Assembly: GCA_963845145.1 (NCBI GenBank)
Contig: CAWJQU010000001.1
Location: forward strand, 96,001 to 160,000
DNA from: an uncultured delta proteobacterium
GTDB lineage: Bacteria > Desulfobacterota > Desulfobacteria > Desulfobacterales > QNYZ01
Length of the DNA: 64,000 nt
Direction of reading: 5' to 3'
In this document: positions 28,695-39,183 of the stretch, piece by piece
Position numbering within the stretch: position 1 is the stretch's first letter
How the letters are laid out: every line of letters starts with the position of its first letter
Notes under the pieces: generated by a model
The model's database searches: none
What the model was told of the DNA's origin: nothing
The model's input: the letters and a program-made list of their open reading frames with translations, nothing else
Position numbers and translations under genes: made by a program

Positions 28695-29612
28695 TTACGC
28701 CCGGCAAGCCGGCGGCGCAAGTGCCGGGCCGCTTTTCATTACCTGCCCGGGTAACGTCGTTCCGAGATATTTTTCCAACAATCGGGCTGCCTCAATCAAC
28801 TTGGACAGATCGATACCCGTCTGAATGCCCATATCTTCCAACATGAACACCACATCTTCGGTGGCCAGATTTCCTGCCGCCCGGGGAACGTTGGGACAAC
28901 CACCGATGCCACCCAGGGCTGTATCAAAGTGCGTAACCCCTACGGTAAGCGCTGCCAACAGATTGGCCATGGCAATACCACGATTGTTATGAAAATGGAG
29001 AATGAGCGTTGTGTCTCCAAACCGTTTTTGAAATGTCTCCACCATATGATGCACCCGGAGTGGTGTGGCCAGACCGACAGTATCGGCCAACATGACGGCT
29101 GCAGCACCGTTTTCTATATAGGCCGAGGCTAGGGACATCACGTCCTTTATCGGAACTGCCCCCTGGTAAGGACAGCCAAACGCCACAGCAATTGCACCGA
29201 TCACCGGAACCCTTTGTTGTTGCACCTTAGAAAAGATGGGGCCCAAATCAGTGAGGGACGCATCGATATTTTGCCGAATATTGGCCTGATTGTGAGCTTC
29301 CGATGCCGACATGACCACGACCAGCTCGTCAACATCCGCGGCCAGCGCCCGCTCGGCCCCCTTTAAGTTGGGTACCATGGCCGCATGGATAACACCCTGG
29401 CGTGGGACGCCGGCCATGACGTCTGCCGCATCTTTTAATTGCGGGATTGCCCGGGGGCTCACAAACGATGTGGTCTCCATGCGCGTAACCCCGGCCGCAA
29501 TCAGGGCTTCAATGACTTTCAGCTTATCCAGGGCGGGAAGCACGCGTTTAAGCGACTGAAACCCATCCCGCGGGCCGACTTCGCGTAGGGTTACTTGAGG
29601 GGGTAGATTCAT
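28695..29612 (-). CDS. Hydroxymethylglutaryl-CoA lyase
   Basis: EVGPRDGFQ, FGCPY, LADTVG, HFHN.RG, GG.GGCP..P.A.GN.ATED. Confidence 0.9.
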   Translation of the reverse strand: MNLPPQVTLREVGPRDGFQSLKRVLPALDKLKVIEALIAAGVTRMETTSFVSPRAIPQLKDAADVMAGVPRQGVIHAAMVPNLKGAERALAADVDELVVVMSASEAHNQANIRQNIDASLTDLGPIFSKVQQQRVPVIGAIAVAFGCPYQGAVPIKDVMSLASAYIENGAAAVMLADTVGLATPLRVHHMVETFQKRFGDTTLILHFHNNRGIAMANLLAALTVGVTHFDTALGGIGGCPNVPRAAGNLATEDVVFMLEDMGIQTGIDLSKLIEAARLLEKYLGTTLPGQVMKSGPALAPPACRA

Positions 29613-29755
29613 TTTTGGCCTTCTTTTTAGTACGGCATGAAGCGCAATATATTTGAGTACGATCAGTTTCTTTAGGGTATGATCTTTTTTGAATCGTCAT
29701 TGATTTTTTATCCATTTCGAGACCGCCCGAAATCCCATAATGGATGTGTTTATGT

Positions 29756-29809
29756 AGGGGCAATCGCAATTATCAACCATGCTTTCTAAATTTTACGTGC
29801 GATTACCCT
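29756..29809. repeat. Second copy of the 54-bp element
   Basis: GGGCAATCGCAA.TATCAACCATGCTTT.TAA.TTTTAC.TGCGATTACCCT matches 26209-26261. Confidence 0.8.
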
Positions 29810-29926
29810 AGATTACGAAGCCATCAACATTGACAATCAGACCGGCATCCAGTATTTGCAATGAACGTTCCGGTTCAATTTAAGCGTCAAAACTGGCAGT
29901 AAAATTTACAAAAAAAGAGCACCTGC

Positions 29927-30490
29927 GTGTTTCAAACAATAATCGACAATCACATTCAAACGATTCAGGCCCTGAATACCATCAAGCCGGATATCAAACA
30001 AGCCGCCGATGATATGGTGACGGCGATTCGACAAGGCCACAAAATCATCATTTGCGGTAACGGCGGATCGGCAGCCGACGCTCAGCATTTTGCCGGTGAG
30101 TTGGTCGGCCGGTTTCTAAAGGAACGTCAGGCCTGGCCGGTCCTGGCCCTGGGCGCCAATATCGTAGCGTCCACCGCCATCGCCAATGATTACGGTTTTG
30201 GTGACGGGTTCGCCCGGGAAGTGGAAGGATTTGGCCGGGCCGGAGATGTGTTCGTGGGCATCTCGACTTCAGGCAACTCCAAGAATATTATCCAAGCCGT
30301 AAAAGCCTCTAAAATAAAGGGTATGCAAACGATCGGTCTGCTGGGCAACAATGGTGGAGATCTGCGTGTTCATGTCGATCAGGCCATCATCGTCCCCGCT
30401 TTCGAAACACCCCGAATCCAGGAAGCACATATGCTCATTCTGCATTACCTGGCCGGTTATATTGAAAAAACCCTGACACAGGCAGGCTAA
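29927..30490 (+). CDS. gmhA: Phosphoheptose isomerase
   Basis: CGNGGSAADAQHFAGELVGRF, ANDYG, ISTSGNS, RIQEAH. Confidence 0.95.
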   Translation: MFQTIIDNHIQTIQALNTIKPDIKQAADDMVTAIRQGHKIIICGNGGSAADAQHFAGELVGRFLKERQAWPVLALGANIVASTAIANDYGFGDGFAREVEGFGRAGDVFVGISTSGNSKNIIQAVKASKIKGMQTIGLLGNNGGDLRVHVDQAIIVPAFETPRIQEAHMLILHYLAGYIEKTLTQAG

Positions 30491-30493
30491 CCG

Positions 30494-31978
30494 ATGAAAT
30501 CAACAATCGAGGTGCCTGATTTTTCGCGGGTGGATGTTGTCGTTCTCGGCGATATCATGCTGGATGAATATATTTGGGGGGACGTGGCGCGTATCTCCCC
30601 TGAAGCCCCGGTTCCCGTGGTCAAGGTCGACACAGTCACCTATCGGCTGGGCGGTGCAGGGAATGTCGCCGCCAACCTGGCCGGCCTGGGATGCCGGGTG
30701 ACGTTCGTCGGGGCCGTCAGCAATGATCGCATGGGAAAAAAGATCGGTCGGCTACTCGAACAAAATGGCATTTCCGATCACACTGTTGCCTTTGATAGCC
30801 TTTCAACCATCCGCAAAACCCGTGTCATGGGGGTTGGCCAGCAGTTGGTCCGCATCGATCGGGAAAATCCGGAACAAATTCAAAACAGCCACCACGAACA
30901 GCTTTGGCAGAAATTTTCGGCAACGATTGAAACAGCCGCAAATACCACCTTGGTCATTCTGTCCGACTACGGAAAGGGGGTCTTGCAATCCAACTTAATT
31001 GAAAATTGCATCGCCTTTTGCCGGTCGAATCAGCTTCCGATCTTTGTCGACCCCAAAGCGGAAAATTGGGAACCTTACCGCGGGGCAACATGTGTCACGC
31101 CGAATGAAAAAGAGCTGGCTGCCATCCACCACCGTCTGGGTACCGACACAACATCGGATTCGCTTCAAACAAGGGGCGCAAAAGTCCGGGAGGCTTTCGA
31201 TTTGGACTGGCTCTTGGTAACCCGGGGCGCAAAGGGCATGTGCCTTTTTCAAAAGGAGAAGGACGCTTTGTCAATTCCTTCTAAAGCCCGGGAGGTATTT
31301 GACGTCTCTGGTGCCGGCGACACGGTCATTGCTGTTTTGGCAGCATCCTTTGCCGCCGGGTGCGCCATGCCAATGGCCATGGAACTTGCCAACACCGCCG
31401 CAGAAGTGGCTGTGGGCAAAGTCGGCACACATGCTATTTCACTGGGTGAGCTCCAGCAGGCCCTAAGGTTATTATATGAGGGCCCCCGGCACAAAATATG
31501 TTCCCTGACCCAGGGGACGGATATATCCAACGAATGGCGCGGCCGCCAGGAAAAGATCGTTTTCACCAACGGTTGTTTTGACCTGCTGCACACCGGCCAT
31601 ATTCATCTACTACAATCGGCCGCCAAAGAGGGAGATCGGCTTATCGTCGGCTTAAATACGGATACATCCATTCGAAAGCTCAAGGGCCCTTCCCGGCCCG
31701 TGTTAGCCGAGGAGGATCGGGCGGCAATCCTGGCCGCCCTGGAATGTGTCGACATGGTCGTTCTTTTCGCCGAGCCAACGCCTCTCCAACTCATTGAAAC
31801 AATCCGCCCGGATGTGATCGTCAAAGGTTGCGACTACCGAAAAAATGAAGTGGTGGGCGCCGATTTGGTGGAAAGCTGGGGCGGAAAAGTCGTTTTATTT
31901 CCCCTCGAAGAAGGAAAAAGCACGAGTTCTCTGATTCGAAGTATTGCCAATGGCGAGCAGACAACGGCAGAGCCATGA
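30494..31978 (+). CDS. hldE: Bifunctional heptose-7-phosphate kinase / heptose-1-phosphate adenylyltransferase
   Basis: RISPEAPVP, SDYGKG, DVSGAGDTV, FTNGCFDLLHTGH. Confidence 0.95.
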   Translation: MKSTIEVPDFSRVDVVVLGDIMLDEYIWGDVARISPEAPVPVVKVDTVTYRLGGAGNVAANLAGLGCRVTFVGAVSNDRMGKKIGRLLEQNGISDHTVAFDSLSTIRKTRVMGVGQQLVRIDRENPEQIQNSHHEQLWQKFSATIETAANTTLVILSDYGKGVLQSNLIENCIAFCRSNQLPIFVDPKAENWEPYRGATCVTPNEKELAAIHHRLGTDTTSDSLQTRGAKVREAFDLDWLLVTRGAKGMCLFQKEKDALSIPSKAREVFDVSGAGDTVIAVLAASFAAGCAMPMAMELANTAAEVAVGKVGTHAISLGELQQALRLLYEGPRHKICSLTQGTDISNEWRGRQEKIVFTNGCFDLLHTGHIHLLQSAAKEGDRLIVGLNTDTSIRKLKGPSRPVLAEEDRAAILAALECVDMVVLFAEPTPLQLIETIRPDVIVKGCDYRKNEVVGADLVESWGGKVVLFPLEEGKSTSSLIRSIANGEQTTAEP

Positions 31979-32556
31979 CCAAGGCCGCCTTTCTGGATCG
32001 TGATGGGACGATCAATGCCGATAAGGGCTATGTCCATAAAGTAGAAGATTTTGAGTTTATCACCGGGATCTTTGAGTTATGCCACCTGCTTCAGGGTCAC
32101 GGGTATAAAATTGTTATCATATCCAACCAGTCGGGGATCGGCAGGGGATATTATACCGTCGAGCAATTGCACGCCTTGAACGTTTGGATGACACGCCAAT
32201 TTAGTTATCAGGCCGTTACAATTTCCGAAACCTACTTTTGCCCCCACCACCCGACTGAAGCCATCGGTCAATATAAAAAGCAATGCGATTGTCGCAAACC
32301 AGCGCCAGGCATGATCCTTCGGGCGCAAAAAGCATTGAACATCAATTTAAAAAAGAGCCTGCTTGTGGGGGACCAGCTCACCGATATTGAGGCCGGTCAA
32401 AAGGCCGGAGTCGGTCGAAATTTTTTAATCGGTCACCATCGAGACTCAAATAAGGGGATAAACCCCAGCCAATTGTTTAAAAATCTGATTGATTTAATGC
32501 ACTTTTTAAAATCGGAACCGCTAGCGCATTATCCGCAGACAACTGAGGCGGGTTAA
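31975..32556 (+). CDS. gmhB: D,D-heptose 1,7-bisphosphate phosphatase
   Basis: FLDRDGTIN, SNQSGIGRG, CPHHP, CDCRKP.PGM, VGD..TD. Confidence 0.93.
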   Translation: MTKAAFLDRDGTINADKGYVHKVEDFEFITGIFELCHLLQGHGYKIVIISNQSGIGRGYYTVEQLHALNVWMTRQFSYQAVTISETYFCPHHPTEAIGQYKKQCDCRKPAPGMILRAQKALNINLKKSLLVGDQLTDIEAGQKAGVGRNFLIGHHRDSNKGINPSQLFKNLIDLMHFLKSEPLAHYPQTTEAG

Positions 32557-32571
32557 AGCGCCGGGGATGGT

Positions 32572-33111
32572 TTACGGCGTGGTTATCCGTTTTTTGAAAA
32601 CCTCGAGGGCATCGTTAAGTTTTCGCCTAATAAAGACTTGCTTTTCCCGGGGAATCAACGGCTGGTAGGCATCATAATCGGGATGAGACACAACAAGGTC
32701 GGGAAAATCGGCAAGGCAACGCGGTTTAATTTCTTCGAACTGTTCAACAATTGCCACCAGGGAAGACTTTAGGCAGATGTGGCTTTTCAGCCAGCCGAGT
32801 CTTTGCATCATCTCGAAACGGCCATGATCGGCGAGAAACATGTGAATATCGACAACGGCCATTTTTTGATGATCGTCTAAAAATCGAAAACGATCGGCCG
32901 GACCATAATCCAAGGCCCCCATGATCATTTCGTAATACAATTTGGTGCTGACATCTCCCGGCTGGGCTAATAGACACAATACCCGGTCGGAAAGATCCGT
33001 GAACCGCGTATCCAGGTTAAACGATTCGCCCAATAGCCGTTCCCAGACGCCATAAACCTTTTTTTCAACCAACTGGCGTCGGTAGGTGTTTATGTTTATG
33101 ACTTTTACCAT
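32572..33111 (-). CDS. Hypothetical protein
   Basis: 179-aa ORF with typical composition; no motif recognised. Confidence 0.6.
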   Translation of the reverse strand: MVKVININTYRRQLVEKKVYGVWERLLGESFNLDTRFTDLSDRVLCLLAQPGDVSTKLYYEMIMGALDYGPADRFRFLDDHQKMAVVDIHMFLADHGRFEMMQRLGWLKSHICLKSSLVAIVEQFEEIKPRCLADFPDLVVSHPDYDAYQPLIPREKQVFIRRKLNDALEVFKKRITTP

Positions 33112-33258
33112 TAGTCCGGCTAATTGAGCGTCCCTTGGCGCATGTGTATTTTATCCCATGTGCATTTTATCCGGGGATGGATTTTACAACGGATCCAATA
33201 TATCGTTTCCTGTGTAATGGTGCAATACTTGTCAAAAGGGTCGTTATGGATTCTCCCT

Positions 33259-33336
33259 GTAGGGGCACCCCTTGTGGGTGCCCATTCCCTTTGTGGTAGA
33301 CAAAACCATGGGGCAACCATAAGGGATTGCCCCTAC
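33259..33336. repeat. GTAG-type REP doublet
   Basis: GTAGGGGCACCCCTTGTGGGTGCCC ... GGGCAACCATAAGGGATTGCCCCTAC in inverted orientation. Confidence 0.75.
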
Positions 33337-33413
33337 ATATCCGCATTCATTTTGAAATTTAGGACGCTTGGGAAATAACAAATGTAATTGCCCTGAAGGG
33401 TCGTATTTTGTCG

Positions 33414-34358
33414 ATGAAAACTGTGCATGCAAAACCAAAACTGATCGTTATTGTGGGGCCCACCGGGATCGGCAAGACGGCCACCGCCATGAATGTGGCT
33501 GAGGCTTTCGGCGGTGAGATCATCGGCGCGGATTCTATGCAGATTTACCGCACCATGGATATTGGCACGGCCAAACCTACGGCCGAGGAACAGGCCCGCG
33601 TGAGGCATCATATGATTGATGTGGCCGACCCGGATGAACCCTTTGATGCGGCCAGGTATGCACGCATGGCCAGGGAACAGGCTGAAAAACTGATAGAAAA
33701 CGGGAAAATGCCGATTGTCGCCGGTGGAACCGGTTTTTATGTCAGGGCTCTGCTAAACGGGCTCGCCGCTGAAGCGATCACTGATCGGGCCATTAGAAGC
33801 CAACTCAAACAGGAAGCTGTCGAAAAAGGAGGCCAAACGCTCCACAACCGTCTGTCGCAGCTGGATCCGGAAGCCGCCCGGCGTATCCACCCCAACGATA
33901 CCTTTCGAATCATTCGAGCACTGGAAGTCCAAACAATCACTGGTCGCCCCATCTCATCTCTTCAGTTGGACCACCACTTTGGAGATGATCCCTATGACGC
34001 ATTGATGATCGGTCTAACCATGGATCGCGAACCGCTTTATACGCGGATCAACCGGCGGGTGGAAACAATGCTTGAAGGTGGATTGGTTGACGAAGTCAAT
34101 CAACTCCTCAAACGTGGGTATGCGCCAGACCTGAAATCGATGCAATCCATCGGCTATCGCCACATGGTGCTGTTCATCGAGGGTAAGCTCTCTATGACCG
34201 AGGCCGTACGCACCATGCAACGGGATACCCGAAGATACGCCAAGCGCCAAATGACCTGGTTTAAAAAAAACCGGGACACGCTCTGGTTGGCACCCGGCGA
34301 TCAACATTCGATAAGCAGCCAGGTAGCGTCATTTTTAGACCACCAGGCGGATGATTGA
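33414..34358 (+). CDS. miaA: tRNA dimethylallyltransferase
   Basis: GPTGIGKT, ADSMQIYR.MDIGTAKP, GGTGFY, RIIRALEV, TRRYAKRQ.TWF. Confidence 0.97.
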   Translation: MKTVHAKPKLIVIVGPTGIGKTATAMNVAEAFGGEIIGADSMQIYRTMDIGTAKPTAEEQARVRHHMIDVADPDEPFDAARYARMAREQAEKLIENGKMPIVAGGTGFYVRALLNGLAAEAITDRAIRSQLKQEAVEKGGQTLHNRLSQLDPEAARRIHPNDTFRIIRALEVQTITGRPISSLQLDHHFGDDPYDALMIGLTMDREPLYTRINRRVETMLEGGLVDEVNQLLKRGYAPDLKSMQSIGYRHMVLFIEGKLSMTEAVRTMQRDTRRYAKRQMTWFKKNRDTLWLAPGDQHSISSQVASFLDHQADD

Positions 34359-34458
34359 GGATGGGATCAAAATCGAAAAAGCGATAGAAACATGGCCCCA
34401 ATCACACTGAATGCCGGGTACATTCAATACCGGTTACATTGAATAATTGATCAGCCGT

Positions 34459-34935
34459 TTACGAGACGACCGTTTGCATTTCGGGCTGCCCGGATGCCAC
34501 AGGTATGGTAACCACCGGAACGGATGCGGTTTTAACGACTTTTTCGGCAACACTACCGAAGGGAAACAACCCCTTTTCCCCTTTGGTGGTCATTACCACC
34601 ATATCCACGTTCTCTTCCTTAACGAGTTTCAGGATTTCCTCGGCAGGATCGCCCACCCTGACGTGCTTGATGTAAAGGGGACATTCGTCCAGGTATTTGC
34701 TGCAAATCTGATCCAACCTTTTTCGTCCGGTCTTCTCTTCCCATTCGACGATTTTGTCGACATGTCCGCGGTCAAAATCGCCATACCATCCCTCATGATG
34801 GGCAATATCCTCCACCACATGGAGTACATGGATTTCCGCCTGGTATTTGGTTGCCAATGATTCGATATATGCCAACGCCGACTGGGCGCTAATAGAAAAA
34901 TCAGTGGGCCATAGTATTTTTTCAAACTGTTTCAT
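34459..34935 (-). CDS. Universal stress protein
   Basis: KILWPTDFS, GDPAEEI, FGSVAEKVV. Confidence 0.93.
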   Translation of the reverse strand: MKQFEKILWPTDFSISAQSALAYIESLATKYQAEIHVLHVVEDIAHHEGWYGDFDRGHVDKIVEWEEKTGRKRLDQICSKYLDECPLYIKHVRVGDPAEEILKLVKEENVDMVVMTTKGEKGLFPFGSVAEKVVKTASVPVVTIPVASGQPEMQTVVS

Positions 34936-35020
34936 GGGCCGCCTCCATTTATATATAGCCTTGGGCTCCTCCAGTTAAGTAACCCAAAGGGGCACTTATC
35001 CAACGCGCTATGTGCCTGCA

Positions 35021-35071
35021 TTGAACTAAAATCTGCATTGAACTTAAATCCGGGTTGAACTAGAATCTGAA
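35021..35071. repeat. Three tandem 17-bp repeats
   Basis: TTGAACTAAAATCTGCA / TTGAACTTAAATCCGGG / TTGAACTAGAATCTGAA. Confidence 0.65.
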
Positions 35072-35196
35072 TAAATCTAAAATAAGAGTAACCATCGATG
35101 TCGATAATGTCTAATTCTGGGCGAACACTTGTTGGGCTGGACATTCCTTGCTGCCGGCTGTCAATAAAACAAAAATTTCTTGCGTGGATTCCATCC

Positions 35197-35290
35197 GTAT
35201 GGGTACCCCTTGTGGGTACCCATACCCCTTATGGGTGACGGAACGATCAAACCACCGGGCAACCACAAAGCCTTGACAGGTTTGCCCACG
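35197..35290. repeat. Degenerate GTAG-type REP doublet
   Basis: GTATGGGTACCCCTTGTGGGTACCC ... GGGCAACCACAA, similar to 33259-33336. Confidence 0.6.
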
Positions 35291-35362
35291 CTAAATAAAA
35301 TCAAAGTCCACGTCTTACCGATACGCCAAAAACACCAAAACGGGTCAACCAGTGAAACGACC

Positions 35363-37040
35363 ATGAATCTGAAAACGTGTGTGCACCCATCGGGAAATTT
35401 CATCTACGGCATTCACAAGCCGAATTTCGATGTGCGCAACCTGCGCCAAGACAATTCCGTGAACACCCTGGGTATGGATCAACATCATACACCGGTTGAC
35501 AATCGGGTTAATTTTCCATCCGGCCCTGTAAATGTTCATGACGCCGATTGGGTTTTTGAAATCCCCAACGCCTTTGCCTTTCGTGGTGCAACCTACATTG
35601 CCAAAAGCTGGGCCGATCATAAAGCTGAAGACCCGGTATTAATCAACTTGCCGCCACCGCCGGAGGTGTCGGTGTCACAATATTTGAAAAATATCGTGGG
35701 GGAAGAAACGCACCGGTCACCGGCGCTGGAGAAAATGTTCGCGGCCATGCCGGAGCCACTGCAATTGGCCACGGCGGTAAACACGACGGACCCCCATGAC
35801 CTGGTGGAGCTAGCCCGCATCTGCTGCCGGTTCGTATTCGATGAAACCGGCACCCATCCGGCCAGCACCCATCCAATCGGTCTCTCATTTGTAACCCGAC
35901 CCGACGGCGGGAAGAGGCCGGTGATCCATAACCAACCCCTTTTTGAAGCAGTGGCCAACAACTACTATCTACCCGATACGTATAAAAAAGTCATGGTGCT
36001 AACCCCGGGCGTTCAAGGCAACAGTGAAATCGTCGGAGAATATCGCGACGGTCAGGGCCAAACCCACGTTTATGAGTATTTACGAAAAAACAGCTATATT
36101 CCCTGGGGTCACTATGCCGCCAACATGGCCGATGACGCCGTCCGCTATCGAAGTGCCGACCTGACTTTGGCAGATCTGACGGGCATGCGGCACTTATACT
36201 ACCAGCGTACCTATATCCGTATGGCCGACGAGCTGGGTCTTTTGAAAGACACTGCCCCGGGAAGATTTGATGAAGATCAGTTGGAAGCCCTTCGCCTGAA
36301 AATCGGTAAGGCCCTATTCGAAAATAGCGGCGTATCGGGGAAGATATTTAACCGCACGTTGTGGGGCTGGAATTTCGGGTTCGATTACGCCCCAAGCAAG
36401 TACCGCCTGCACGCTTCCCACCAACAGGTCCACCAGCAGTACGCCCTGCTGCCCAAAACCTTTGAGGTAGCCCATGGTTCAAAACCAGATGCCGAATATA
36501 GGTACCAAACCAGGCGACGACCTTCTAACATGCTACGGCTTCGGCGATTTGGTGGAGAATTTCATTCGGGTATATCATGAACAGACTAAAAAACATTTTT
36601 TCGATTGTTATATCCAGGCGTTGCGCAACAACTGCCGAATGGACGGCAATCCCGAACGACCGTCCGATCTCATCGTTTACGAAGATGATCGGGTCATTTT
36701 ATTTGTTCCCAAGGCGCAAACCTCCCAATGGGAACTTCAGCTCATGACGAAGGCCCCGGTGGGAAATATTTTAGAAGCCGATGCCGCCACGCGTACCGCC
36801 ATTGACCGGGCCATTTTTTATGCCGTCCACACCCTGGGGGCCATGGGCGCCCGCATGATTACCGGCATCGAAATATCCAAACGCTTCGATGCGCCAAAAC
36901 TTGACCAGCGCTTGATCTATTGTTTCCTGCCCCGTTTGCCTGAATCGCCCGGCGCTTTTAGTGAAACCCAGTTACGTTGGATAAACGGACACTATCCGGA
37001 AGATTTCGCCGCCGTTTGTCGAAACCATTTGCCGGGATAA
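35363..37040 (+). CDS. Uncharacterised protein with GalT/HIT-like C-terminal half; frameshift near 36500
   Basis: NFGFDYAPS.YRLHASHQQVHQQ, then FFDCY...LIVYEDDRVILFVP.A....WELQL in the next frame. Confidence 0.55.
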
Positions 37041-37069
37041 TCATTGATAAAACCGAAAGGATGCCTCCA

Positions 37070-37849
37070 ATGAATTACGAAGACATTGTCGTTGAAAAAA
37101 ATAACGCCTACGTGGGCGAAATCATGCTCAATCGTCCCGCACATTTGAACACCTTCAGCAGCCGCATGGCTGATGAACTGGCGACAGCCCTGTCTGAAAT
37201 GGATACCGACCCGGCGGTTCGCGTTGTTGTGCTGAAAGGGGCGGGCAAGGCCTTTTGCGCCGGTATCGATGTCAATGAGCTGGCCGGCAAGTCGGCCATG
37301 GAATACCGGGCCTGGATCGAGCGGATGGAAAGGCCCTTGATTACCATAGCCGGGATGAAAAAACCGGTCATCGCCCAACTTCAGGGCGTCGCAGCCGCCA
37401 ACGGCATGGGCCTTATAGCGGCGGCTGATCTCGTGATAGCGGCTGAAAATGCCCGCATGGGGCTGACGGCGATTAATGTGGGGCTTAATTGTGTGGGTCC
37501 CGTCATTCCGGTAGCCCGCTGCGTGGGGCGTAAAAAAGCGCTGGAACTGCTGCTTTATGGCAAACTAATCGGTGCGACGGAAGCATTCAACCTGGGACTG
37601 ATCAATAAAATCGTTCCAAAGGGTGACCTCGAAGAGGAAGCGCAACAATGGGCCAAAGAGTTGGCACAGAAAAGTCCTCTTGCCGTCCAGATCGCCAAAA
37701 GTGCTTTTTATCAATCCGAGGATATGGAGTATAAACAGCAGTTCGCCCATATGAATGAGGCATTTGCGCGCTTGTGCACCACCGACGATGCCAAGGAGGG
37801 CGTGTCGGCATTTTTTGAGAAAAGGAGACCGAATTGGAAAGAGAAATGA
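37070..37849 (+). CDS. Enoyl-CoA hydratase/isomerase family protein lacking the canonical Glu pair
   Basis: LNRP..LN, AFCAGID, KPVIA...G.AAANG, D.KEG.SAF.EKR.P.W. Confidence 0.88.
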   Translation: MNYEDIVVEKNNAYVGEIMLNRPAHLNTFSSRMADELATALSEMDTDPAVRVVVLKGAGKAFCAGIDVNELAGKSAMEYRAWIERMERPLITIAGMKKPVIAQLQGVAAANGMGLIAAADLVIAAENARMGLTAINVGLNCVGPVIPVARCVGRKKALELLLYGKLIGATEAFNLGLINKIVPKGDLEEEAQQWAKELAQKSPLAVQIAKSAFYQSEDMEYKQQFAHMNEAFARLCTTDDAKEGVSAFFEKRRPNWKEK

Positions 37850-39072
37850 AACCTTCTAAGACAAGCGTTCTACTGGTCGCCACGATGGACACCAAGGGGC
37901 AGGAAGCGGCCTACCTGAAATCCTGTTTTCAACAAATGGGCGTTCCGGTTATCATAATGGATGCGGGAATTCGGGGCGAGAGTCCCGAACCTGTGGATAT
38001 CTCGCGTGAGCAGGTGGCCGAATCCGGTGGCCATACACTGACCGAGGTGAGAAATCTGGGCCATGAGAGCAAAGCCCTCAACGCCATGATATCCGGCGCC
38101 TTAAAGCTGGCCCAACCGCTTCACCGGAAGGGCGAAATCAGCGGCGTCATCGGTTTGGGGGGGTCCATGGGAACCACCCTGGCCACAGCCCTTATGCGCG
38201 CCTTTCCTGTCGGATTTCCCAAGGTCATGATTTCCACCATGGCCTCGCGGGATACCAGCGCTTTTGTAGGCACCAAAGACGTGATGATGCTGCACTCGGT
38301 CTGCGATTTGGTGGGCATCAATCGCATTTCCGCCAGAGTCCTGCATAATGGGGCGGCCGCCATGGCAGGCATGGTTCAACATGTCCGGGACGATTCTCAA
38401 ACCGATAAGCCCATGGTAATTATGTCAACCTTGGGCACGACCGAAGCCTGCGCCCAGAGTGTCCGCAAAGCCCTGGAAAAAAATGGCCGGGAAGTGGTGA
38501 TCTTTCATACCGTGGGTGCCGGCGGCAAGGCCATGGAAGAGATGATCGAAGAAGAAAAGGTGACGGCGGTTATTGACCTGTCGCTGCATGAAATGATGGA
38601 TCATCGTTTCGGTGGCGATTATGATGCCGGGCCTGTCCGTGGGACGACAGCCCTGAAAAAAGGGATACCCACCCTTCTGGTGCCCGGCAATATCGATTTC
38701 ATCGTCACCGGCCCCATGGAAACGGCCCTGAAGCAATTCCCGGGGCGACCTTTTCACCAGCACAATGCGGCTATCACGGTTGTTCGCAGCAACCCTGCGG
38801 AGATGCAAACCCTGGGATCGGTGATAGCCGATATTTGTAATCAAGCCCTTGGAAAGTGGACCATGCTGATCCCCATGGGTGGATTTTCAGCCTTTGACAG
38901 CGACGGCGGGCCATTACCGGACGAACAGGCACGGGTCTCTTTTGCCGATAGCGTGGAAAACCAACTGAAAGAGAGATCCAAAGTCCACCGTCTCCCTCAC
39001 CACATCAATGACGCGGAGTTTGCACAAAAAATCATTCAAATCCTGGATGGTTTTTTGGGTAATGAATCGTAA
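37846..39072 (+). CDS. Tm-1-like ATP-binding domain protein (UPF0261)
   Basis: TMDTKG.E, GLGGSMGT, PVGFPK.MIST.AS, SV.D..GIN.IS, FH.VG.GG.AME, HIND.EFA. Confidence 0.88.
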   Translation: MKPSKTSVLLVATMDTKGQEAAYLKSCFQQMGVPVIIMDAGIRGESPEPVDISREQVAESGGHTLTEVRNLGHESKALNAMISGALKLAQPLHRKGEISGVIGLGGSMGTTLATALMRAFPVGFPKVMISTMASRDTSAFVGTKDVMMLHSVCDLVGINRISARVLHNGAAAMAGMVQHVRDDSQTDKPMVIMSTLGTTEACAQSVRKALEKNGREVVIFHTVGAGGKAMEEMIEEEKVTAVIDLSLHEMMDHRFGGDYDAGPVRGTTALKKGIPTLLVPGNIDFIVTGPMETALKQFPGRPFHQHNAAITVVRSNPAEMQTLGSVIADICNQALGKWTMLIPMGGFSAFDSDGGPLPDEQARVSFADSVENQLKERSKVHRLPHHINDAEFAQKIIQILDGFLGNES

Positions 39073-39183
39073 GGGGCATTGTACCGATTTCGAAATAATG
39101 CTTGTGGATAATTCACCCAAAGCTGTTTGGTAAAGTGAAATCCGTGCCTATAAATCAATATGAATTCAGACAGGAGATTTTTG

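Noticed and set aside
29927..32556. gmhA-hldE-gmhB as a novel system
   Set aside because: Standard ADP-heptose biosynthesis operon.
34995..35025. Sigma54 promoter for the USP gene
   Set aside because: GGCAC is present on the minus strand but the -12 GC is not at the required spacing.
35180..35362. N-terminal extension of the 466-aa ORF
   Set aside because: It runs through a REP doublet; the ATG at 35363 is more plausible.
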